A DNA stretch of 57,133 nt from Myxococcota bacterium (lineage in GTDB: Bacteria > Myxococcota_C > UBA6777), in assembly GCA_023150835.1 (NCBI GenBank), contig JAKLKB010000001.1:124001-181133 (forward strand). Reading direction: 5' to 3'. The translations under genes and the position numbers were made by a program. The notes beneath the pieces are model-generated. The model was given only the letters and a program-made list of their open reading frames with translations, was not told the DNA's origin and made no database searches. Below are positions 50,169 through 57,133 of the stretch, in pieces. The first letter of the stretch is position 1; each line of letters starts with the position of its first letter.

Positions 50169-50867
50169 TTAGGGGCGTTGCAACTCGGGTAAGCGCAGTC
50201 CGATTAGCAGAAAAAGAGCCGACGAAAGGGCAAACGATTTGTAGCCGTAGAGAGGGAAAAGCCACGTTGCCAAAGCAGAACCTGCGACAAAAAAGATCAT
50301 CGTATCCAAGCGGATCGCGTTTTTGTTTTTCTCCACAGGGTCGCCTGTCAACAAGATGCGCGCAGAACCTATTCCCAGATCGGTGAGTGGGCCCGTCAGA
50401 TGCGTTGTGCGCACCACCGCTTTTGTGTACAGCGTGATGATGGCGTTTTGCGCGCCGCTACAAGCCGCGAGGATCGCCACAGGGAAAAAGTGGGACCATT
50501 GCTCGACTTTGCCACCAAATCGCCCAAACAAGGCGCTTTCTCCACCGATCATCACAAGCATCACCAGCAGCGCGAGGATCGAAAAACAAAAGCCATGTGC
50601 AGAGGCTTGGGTGGGTTGTTGTTTTTCGATAAAAAGCGCACTCAAAAAAGCGCCGACAAAAAAGAACACAAGGATCACCAAGAAAAACAGCACTTGGATC
50701 CATGCTTGTTTGGCGAGTTGCTGGCCAAAAAAGGAAAAGGCACCCGTCACATGCACAATCAGCGATTGCACCGCGAGAAACCCGCCGATATTGAGGTAGC
50801 CTGCTTGGAACGCCAACAAGATCCAAACCAGTCGATCCGTTGGGCGATAAGGAAATTCGGGGTGCAT
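50169..50867 (-). CDS. DUF1275/YoaK-family membrane protein
   Basis: LAF.AGY.N..GF, HVTG, F..GA..S, G.QNA, VRTTHLTG.LTDLG; GAGGAG RBS. Confidence 0.85.
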   Translation of the reverse strand: MHPEFPYRPTDRLVWILLAFQAGYLNIGGFLAVQSLIVHVTGAFSFFGQQLAKQAWIQVLFFLVILVFFFVGAFLSALFIEKQQPTQASAHGFCFSILALLVMLVMIGGESALFGRFGGKVEQWSHFFPVAILAACSGAQNAIITLYTKAVVRTTHLTGPLTDLGIGSARILLTGDPVEKNKNAIRLDTMIFFVAGSALATWLFPLYGYKSFALSSALFLLIGLRLPELQRP

Positions 50868-51251
50868 CCAGTCTCCTCGGCGATGGAAAAGCACGGCAAA
50901 CCACGATGGTTGCGGCATATTTAACAGAGAGCAACGCAGGGGTACACGTATGGCTTTGAAGTGAGTGGAGGGAGCGGGCCATCCATGCAACGCGCTCACT
51001 TTTGCAGGGGCTTTTGTCGTTTGTCAAGGAATTTGATACATATGTGCATACGTTCGCATCTTTGTATTGTGCAGAGCAAAGAGCAGAAACGCGCTTGACG
51101 GTGGAGGGGCGAAAAGGCGCTGGGGGAGAGAGGTGGGGAAGTGCGGAGGGTGAGGAAGCGCGCTTGACGGTGGAGAGGTCGCGGGATAGGCTGTGGGTGT
51201 GGATTGTTGATTGGTGAGGACAACAAGGCATTCCCGAGGGAGGAGCCGAAG

Positions 51252-52781
51252 ATGCGACAACTGCGACGGATGGTTTTGTGTAGTGTGGTGTGTTGGGCGT
51301 TGTGGGGAATGAGTGGGCGGGCGAGTGCGGAGTGTATCGAACTGAAAAACGATACGTTTCAAGAAAATGCGCCGCAAGTGACGGCGGTGCGTTCTTTTTG
51401 TATCTCCGAGTTTTTTGGTTCGATTTTTGTGGCTCCCAAGGATATCACGTTGCAAAAAGTGCGGATGTTGGTGTCAGGGGACGGTAAGACGCCGATGTTG
51501 ATGACGCCGATCAAGGTTTTGATCTTCAAAGAGAAAGCACCGGATAGTGCGACTCCGATGGAGCCTGCCTTGAGTGGAGAAGAAGAGTACGGGATCAACA
51601 ACACGCAGCTTACGCCGCAATGGATCGAGGTGAAGACAAGCGCTTATACCTTTAAGGCGGGGGAGCGTTTTCGGGTGACGTTTGCGCACGACAACATTGA
51701 TTGCGAGAACATCAATACCACCAAGCCCTATTGTGCGGGATATTGCGAGTGGTGGGGGGCGACGGTGGACAAGGGGCCGATTAAAGAAAACACGAACGTG
51801 GTGCTCGGCAAGATGTTTGATTGCCAAGGTGGACTTCCCGATCGCAAGTGGCGTTTTTGGAAAGATCTTCCTGAGGCGTGTCGCCCGACGGGGAATTTGA
51901 TCTTGCGAGCGTATGTGTACGATGGCAACGGAAGGGATTGCAACGCGACTCCGCAAAGTTGCGTTCCTGCATCGACACAGGCGTGTACTTGTACGGATGG
52001 GAAAACGGGAAGCCAAACTTGCGCAGCCAACGGCGTTTGGGGGAATTGCACGTGTGGAACGCCCCAAAGCTGTACACCGAATGCGACGGAGCCGTGTACC
52101 TGTACGGATGGGAAAAGTGGTCAGCGCACCTGTGGAAGTGCCGGTCAATGGGGTTCTTGCGTGTGTGCTTCGGGTTGTACGACAGGGGCGACGCAGCCGT
52201 GTGTTTGTGTGGGCGGAAAAAGCGGTACGCAGACTTGCGAAGCGGGCGGAAAGTGGGCTGTTTGTGTGTGTAAAGGTGCGAGCGTTTGTGCGCCCGGGGC
52301 GACACAGGCTTGTACATGCACAACGGGAACCACAGGGGCACAGACGTGTAACACCGAAGGATCGGCGTGGTTAGAATGCAAGTGCGTCTCTGCCCAAGAA
52401 CCCAAGGTCACACGGATCACCCCTGAAAAAGGGTTGAACAGTCAAAACACCGATGTCACGGTGATCGGGGAAAACTTTGTTGAGGGGGCCAAGGTGTACA
52501 TCGGAACTGCCGCAGCGTTGGAGGTTTCTGTGCTTGGACCGAAGTCGATCGCGGCCAAAGTACCCGCAGCGATCAAGCCGGGCTTGTACGATGTGGTGGT
52601 CGAAAATCCGGGCGGAAAGAGTGGGCGTTTGGACAAGGCTTTTTCGGTCGAAGCGGCAGGTTGTGGTTGTTCGCAGATGTCGGGGCGAGAAGGGATGCCG
52701 TTGGAGTTGGTGTTTTTTGTGTGGATGTTGTGGTGGCTGCTGCGTCGTCGTTCGAGCGAGTGGTTTGAGGGCCGAAGATAG
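51252..52781 (+). CDS. Secreted Cys-rich repeat protein with IPT/TIG domain and MYXO-CTERM-like sorting signal
   Basis: Signal peptide; 4 x C.PG.T..C.C..G..G..TC...G.W..C.C; P.V..I.P..G......VTV.GENF; GCGC + TM + RRR. Confidence 0.85.
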   Translation: MRQLRRMVLCSVVCWALWGMSGRASAECIELKNDTFQENAPQVTAVRSFCISEFFGSIFVAPKDITLQKVRMLVSGDGKTPMLMTPIKVLIFKEKAPDSATPMEPALSGEEEYGINNTQLTPQWIEVKTSAYTFKAGERFRVTFAHDNIDCENINTTKPYCAGYCEWWGATVDKGPIKENTNVVLGKMFDCQGGLPDRKWRFWKDLPEACRPTGNLILRAYVYDGNGRDCNATPQSCVPASTQACTCTDGKTGSQTCAANGVWGNCTCGTPQSCTPNATEPCTCTDGKSGQRTCGSAGQWGSCVCASGCTTGATQPCVCVGGKSGTQTCEAGGKWAVCVCKGASVCAPGATQACTCTTGTTGAQTCNTEGSAWLECKCVSAQEPKVTRITPEKGLNSQNTDVTVIGENFVEGAKVYIGTAAALEVSVLGPKSIAAKVPAAIKPGLYDVVVENPGGKSGRLDKAFSVEAAGCGCSQMSGREGMPLELVFFVWMLWWLLRRRSSEWFEGRR

Positions 52782-52913
52782 GCGAGGGAGCTTGTTGGAT
52801 GGGGGGGTTGCGGGGGTGTCTTGCGTGTGGTAGGGGGGGGCGTGCATATTTCTGGTGCGGGGTTGGGGCAAACACAAGCAAGCGTTTTGGCGTACGGGCC
52901 GAGGAGCAGAAAG

Positions 52914-53804
52914 ATGGCGAAGATCCATGTAAAAGGCGTTCCGTTGGATATGGGCGCAGGGCGTCGGGGAGTGGATATGGGCGTGAGCGCGATCCGTTTG
53001 GCGGGTTTGCGGGAGACGCTGTTGCGGTTGGGGCATAACGTGATCGATGATGGAAACGTCGAAGTTCCCGTGGTGGAGACCTTAGAGCGAGCGTCTTCGT
53101 TGCCGTATATCGAGGCGATCGCTGCGTCATGCAAGCAGGTGTATCATTGGTTTCGGCAGTTGCCGTCCGATGCGTTTGCGGTGGTGTTGGGGGGGGATCA
53201 CTCGATCGCGATGGGCTCGGTGGCAGGGGCCGCACATCACGGTCGTTTGGGGGTGATCTGGGTGGATGCCCACACGGACATCAACACACCCGATACCAGC
53301 CCAAGCGGAAACATTCATGGGATGCCGTTGTCGCATCTTTTGGGGGTGGGCGATCCACGTTTGTTGGATATTTGGGGAGGAGGAGCGGTGATCGATCCTG
53401 CGGATATCGTGTACATCGGCATTCGAAGCGTGGACATGAAAGAGCGCGGTTTGGTCAAGGAACACGGGATCTTGACGTACACGATGAAGGATATCGACAT
53501 GGAAGGGCTGGCGTCCGTCGCCAAGCAAACGATTGCATATCTTCAGCGACGTGGAGTGAGTCGTGTGCATGTGTCCTTTGATGCGGATGTGTTGGATCCG
53601 ACCTTGGCTCCGGGGGTTGGGACGCCTGAACCCGGTGGGCTGACCTATCGCGAAGCCCATCTGTTGATGGAGCTTTTGTGCGACGCCAAGATCGCCACAA
53701 GTCTCGATATCGTCGAAGTCAATCCGATCCTCGATAACGCCAACAAAACAGCGCAGATCATGGTGGATATGACTTCGAGCTTGCTTGGCAAAGCAATCTT
53801 GTGA
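52914..53804 (+). CDS. rocF: Arginase
   Basis: GAGRRGVDMG, LGGDHS, DAHTDIN, SGNIHGMP, SFDADVLDP, GGLTYRE, EVNP. Confidence 0.95.
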   Translation: MAKIHVKGVPLDMGAGRRGVDMGVSAIRLAGLRETLLRLGHNVIDDGNVEVPVVETLERASSLPYIEAIAASCKQVYHWFRQLPSDAFAVVLGGDHSIAMGSVAGAAHHGRLGVIWVDAHTDINTPDTSPSGNIHGMPLSHLLGVGDPRLLDIWGGGAVIDPADIVYIGIRSVDMKERGLVKEHGILTYTMKDIDMEGLASVAKQTIAYLQRRGVSRVHVSFDADVLDPTLAPGVGTPEPGGLTYREAHLLMELLCDAKIATSLDIVEVNPILDNANKTAQIMVDMTSSLLGKAIL

Positions 53805-53820
53805 GGGAACGTTCGTATTC

Positions 53821-53932
53821 TACGATATCTGAGTGGTGTGTGATCGAAGGAGAGTGCGTAGGCACCCTGTGGTTGGGCAGTCACGGGGGGCTGCCCCTAC
53901 GTTTGACGATCACTCTATGGGCGGATTTCGTA
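53821..53932 (+). mobile_element. MITE-like element, copy 3; overlaps the mvaA 3' end
   Basis: TACGATATCTGAG...GGGCAGTCACGGGGGGCTGCCCCTAC...CGGATTTCGTA. Confidence 0.75.
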
Positions 53933-55258
53933 TTCTGGGGCTTTGCGGATCTCTTGGAGGATCGAGCGAGCGATATCGTGAGAGAAGCGCCCGCCGCGTT
54001 GGGCCATGCGTTGGGCGACGAGATCGATCTCGTTGCCGATGGCTCCGATCTCTGCGGCGATGTTGCGGCTGTGTAGACGCATGTGACCTTGTTGGATGCC
54101 TTCGTTGGCGAGAGCGCGTAGGGCCGCGAGGTTTTGGGCCAATCCGATGGCTGCGGCGATCTGTGCAAGTTCTTGGGCGGTGGATATCTGCATGATCTGG
54201 AGGGCGGCTTTGGCGGTGGGATGGACGCGGATCACGCCGCCGACCACGCCAACGGCCATCGGTAGGGTGATCTCACCATGCAGCGCCCCTTCTCGAACGC
54301 GCCAACGCGAAAGGGCGGTGTATCGGCCTTGTTGCGATGCGTAGGCATGTGCGCCCGCTTCGACGGCGCGGTAATCTTGGCCTGTGGCGACAAGCACAGC
54401 ATCGATACCGTTCATGATGCCCTTGTTGTGTGTGGCTGCGCGGTAGGGATCGCGTTCGGCAAAGATCGAGGCTTCTTGGACACCGTAGGCGATGGCTTGG
54501 CCTTCTTCGGGGGGTTGGTTGGGTTTGCAAAAAGCGGCGAAAGGAACGTTGCCTCGGACTGTGACAAGGCGCTTGTCGGCAAGGTTGCTGAGGATGCGCA
54601 GCCGCGCCCGTCCTCCCGAGATCTGCGCCATTCGAGGAGCGATGCCTTCGCACATGGTGTTGACGGCATTTGCGCCCATCGCATCGCGGACGTCGACGAT
54701 CAAGTGAACGATCAGCATCGGGCCGAGCGGATCGTCTTGTTCGAGCGGATCAAGGCGGCGGAGTTCGATCGCACGGGGGCCACCGCCGACTTCGACAAGA
54801 CGGGGATCAAGGCTGGCGGCTTGGGCGAGCAGTTCGTCTTGGTGTTCGCGCAAAAGAGCGATGGCGCGGTCCATATCGGGGATATCGCATAGCTGCACTT
54901 GGCCGATCATCAGAGGGGGAGTGCTTTCGGCGTGGAGGCCGCCGCCCGCCCGCAGCAGCTTGGCAGCGTGGGAGGCTGCGGCCACGACGGAGGCTTCTTC
55001 GATGGCCATGGGGACGAGGTGATCGCGGCCATTGAGTTGGAGGTTGAGGCAGACGCCGAGAGGCTGGTTCATCAGGCCGATGACGTTTTCGACCATCTGC
55101 TCGGCTTTTTCGATGGGGAGAGGATGCTCACCCCACAAGCTTTCTTGGGTGAGCGCGTCTAGCCCGAGGTGTTCGGCAAGTTGAGCGCGCCGCTGTTCGA
55201 GGGAGTGCTTGTAAAAAGCAGGGAGGGTGCTGGGGGTGTGGGGGGGATTCTTAGGCAT
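53915..55258 (-). CDS. mvaA: Class II HMG-CoA reductase
   Basis: ENVIG, PMAIEEASVVAAAS, DAMGAN, RILSNL, RAATHNKG.MNG, GIQQGHMRLH. Confidence 0.95.
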   Translation of the reverse strand: MPKNPPHTPSTLPAFYKHSLEQRRAQLAEHLGLDALTQESLWGEHPLPIEKAEQMVENVIGLMNQPLGVCLNLQLNGRDHLVPMAIEEASVVAAASHAAKLLRAGGGLHAESTPPLMIGQVQLCDIPDMDRAIALLREHQDELLAQAASLDPRLVEVGGGPRAIELRRLDPLEQDDPLGPMLIVHLIVDVRDAMGANAVNTMCEGIAPRMAQISGGRARLRILSNLADKRLVTVRGNVPFAAFCKPNQPPEEGQAIAYGVQEASIFAERDPYRAATHNKGIMNGIDAVLVATGQDYRAVEAGAHAYASQQGRYTALSRWRVREGALHGEITLPMAVGVVGGVIRVHPTAKAALQIMQISTAQELAQIAAAIGLAQNLAALRALANEGIQQGHMRLHSRNIAAEIGAIGNEIDLVAQRMAQRGGRFSHDIARSILQEIRKAPEYEIRP

Positions 55259-56291
55259 GGTGTCTCCCGATCGGCAAGAGGCGCACCTTCCGCAGTGCGG
55301 CGATATCGGATGCGCCGGTACAAAAACACAAGACTTTGAGTTCGTGGATCAGCTCACGCAAAAAGGATTCGAGGGCATCTTCGCTTTGGGTGGCGGCTTG
55401 CAGGACGGGTTGTGCAAGGGCCACGACATCGGCCCCAAGAGCGAGGGCGACCGCGATATCCATGCCTGTGCGTATCCCTCCTGAGCCGATCACGAGGCGC
55501 GTGGGAAAGTGTTTGCGGCAGTGCAAGATCGACTCAGCGGTGGGGGTTCCAAAAGCACGCAATCGTTGCCCGAGGACGGCAGAGGTACTTTGTGCGGGGG
55601 CGCGGTAGGCTTCGACACGCGCCCAAGACGTTCCGCCAACGCCCGATGCTTCGATGCCTGCGAGGGGCAGGCGCGCTAATTTCTCAGCGGTGCGTTCGGA
55701 GATCCCCGACCCCACTTCTTTGGCGACGCAAGGGACACCGATGGCTTGGATGGCCTCGTGCATCTTTCTCCACAGGCCGCGAAATTGGGTGTCGCCTTCG
55801 GGCTGGATCGCCTCTTGGAGCGGATTGAGGTGGAAAAACAAAGCATCCGCCTCGGTGGACTGGACGATCTGTTGGAGTTCGGGTAGTCCGACGCCCAAAC
55901 CAAGCTGGACAGCCCCGATGTTTCCGAGAAGTAGCGGTAGTTCTGGCGCTGTTTTCCGAACAGCAAAGGTGTCGGCCAGTGTGGGATCTTTGAGCATCGC
56001 ACGTTGCGAACCAAGGCCCATCCCAAGTCCAAGGCGCTCTGCCACCCGAGCGATCCGATGATTGATCTCTCCCGCCCAAGGACTGCCGCCTGTCATCGAG
56101 CCGATCAGCAGCGGAGCTTGCAAACGTCGCCCAAGGATCTCCACGCTCAAATCGACCTCTTCGAGATCGATCTCAGGCAGCGCGTCGTATTCGAGCCGAA
56201 AACCTCCAAGGCCCGTACTGACTTCTGTTCCGACTTCTTCTTCTAGGCAGATCCGCAAGTGATCGTCTTTGCGTTGTTGGATCTGGCTCAT
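55251..56291 (-). CDS. fni: Type 2 (FMN) isopentenyl-diphosphate isomerase
   Basis: RK.DH, MTGG, GSQR, HLNPLQE..QPEGD, KEVG.G, GGTSW, SGGIR.G.D. Confidence 0.95.
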   Translation of the reverse strand: MSQIQQRKDDHLRICLEEEVGTEVSTGLGGFRLEYDALPEIDLEEVDLSVEILGRRLQAPLLIGSMTGGSPWAGEINHRIARVAERLGLGMGLGSQRAMLKDPTLADTFAVRKTAPELPLLLGNIGAVQLGLGVGLPELQQIVQSTEADALFFHLNPLQEAIQPEGDTQFRGLWRKMHEAIQAIGVPCVAKEVGSGISERTAEKLARLPLAGIEASGVGGTSWARVEAYRAPAQSTSAVLGQRLRAFGTPTAESILHCRKHFPTRLVIGSGGIRTGMDIAVALALGADVVALAQPVLQAATQSEDALESFLRELIHELKVLCFCTGASDIAALRKVRLLPIGRHHA

Positions 56292-56312
56292 GCTCAACTC
56301 CTTCTTGCCTCG

Positions 56313-56425
56313 TACGATATCCGAGTGATGTGTGATCGAAGGGGCGTGCCCAGACGCCCTGTTTTTGGGCAGCCACAGGGGGCTGCCCCTACCTCTTTAC
56401 GATCACGCAACGAGCGGATCTCGTA
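56313..56425 (+). mobile_element. MITE-like element, copy 4; just upstream of the fni RBS
   Basis: TACGATATCCG...GGGCAGCCACAGGGGGCTGCCCCTAC...CGGATCTCGTA. Confidence 0.78.
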
Positions 56426-56501
56426 TCACCCAATAAAAATCCACGATGGGATGATCCACCGTAGAAATTCGGTTCGTTTGCGGGATCTCGCAAAGATGCG
56501 T

Positions 56502-56802
56502 CTTGGCAAAAGTGCAGTTTTCTACATTTTTGCCAAGGTGGTTTCGAGAAAAGTGCAGTTTTCTACACTTTTGCCAAGGAGGTTTCGAGAAAAGTGCAGT
56601 TTTCTACACTTTTGCCAAGGAGGTTCCGAGAAAAGCCCAGTTTTCTACATTTTTGCCAAGGAGGTTTCGAGAAAAGTGCAGTTTTCTACACTTTTGCCAA
56701 GGAGGTTCCGAGAAAAATGCAGTTTTCTACATTTTTGCCAAGGAGGTTCCGAGAAAAATGCAGTTTTCTACATTTTTGCCAAGGAGGATTCGAGAAAAGC
56801 CC
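56502..56802. repeat. About 7 x 41-bp tandem array of imperfect palindromes
   Basis: GAGAAAA(G/A)TGCAGTTTTCTACA(C/T)TTTTGCCAAGGAGGTT(T/C)C. Confidence 0.95.
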
Positions 56803-56814
56803 ATGTTCGGGCGT

Positions 56815-56838
56815 GAGCGGTTCGCGAACCGCCCCTAC
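56815..56838 (-). repeat. Stand-alone GTAG-type REP hairpin
   Basis: Reverse complement GTAGGGGCGGTTCGCGAACCGCTC. Confidence 0.65.
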
Positions 56839-56879
56839 AACGTTCTGATATCTCAGGGTTTCCCTTTTCAACTGCGTCA

Positions 56880-56991
56880 TACGATATCCGAGTGATCTAT
56901 GATCGAAGGACAGCGCCCAGACGTTTTATCCTTGGGCAGCCACAGGGGGCTGCCCCTACGTTTTACGATAACTCAACGGGCGGATTTCGTA
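56880..56991 (+). mobile_element. MITE-like element, copy 5
   Basis: TACGATATCCG...GGGCAGCCACAGGGGGCTGCCCCTAC...CGGATTTCGTA. Confidence 0.78.
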
Positions 56992-57102
56992 TAAGAGGGT
57001 GTTTGCGAAACTCGCTACATGACAGTTGAAGAAAACAACGAAAACTCGAGGGGTTCATTCAAAACAGATAGCGATGAAGAGGTCAGCGACGCAACAGAGC
57101 GA

Positions 57103-57128
57103 GGGCAGGCACGGGGGCCTGCCCCTAC
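57103..57128 (-). repeat. GTAG-type REP hairpin near the window end
   Basis: GGGCAGGCACGGGGGCCTGCCCCTAC. Confidence 0.65.
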
Positions 57129-57133
57129 CTCTT

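Noticed and set aside
56502-56802. CRISPR array
   Set aside because: Units are contiguous 41-bp repeats with no unique spacers, and no cas genes are in the window

Overview
A bacterial chromosomal segment, probably from Myxococcota, judged from a MYXO-CTERM-type C-terminus, mevalonate-pathway genes, a deltaproteobacterial ftsH-folP-cdaA-cdaR-glmM cluster and a zinc-ribbon Ser/Thr kinase. Bases 1-9.7 kb hold the distal S10/spc/alpha ribosomal cluster, which lacks rpsN, rpsD and adk/map/infA and has long spacers. Bases 10-35 kb hold a TonB-dependent receptor, yciH, an atypical kinase, an Fe-S PD-(D/E)xK nuclease, tilS flanked by two paralogous lipoproteins, ftsH-folP-cdaA-cdaR-glmM-thyA-folA, a Pat-type acetyltransferase and mscS. 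Bases 35-57 kb are accessory DNA. The best candidate for an undescribed system is a five-gene minus-strand cluster at 41956-50867: a DUF1275 membrane protein, a degenerate NuoM-like subunit, DabA (DUF2309), DabB (NuoL-like), and a fusion of an inactive rhodanese domain to a zeta/beta-like carbonic anhydrase domain. This looks like an expanded DAB inorganic-carbon pump. Other notable features are a ~113-bp TA-bounded MITE-like element carrying a REP hairpin (5 full copies), a 41-bp palindromic array with compensatory changes, and repeated tandem duplication of gene ends. All family calls come from motif recognition by eye; no database search was run.
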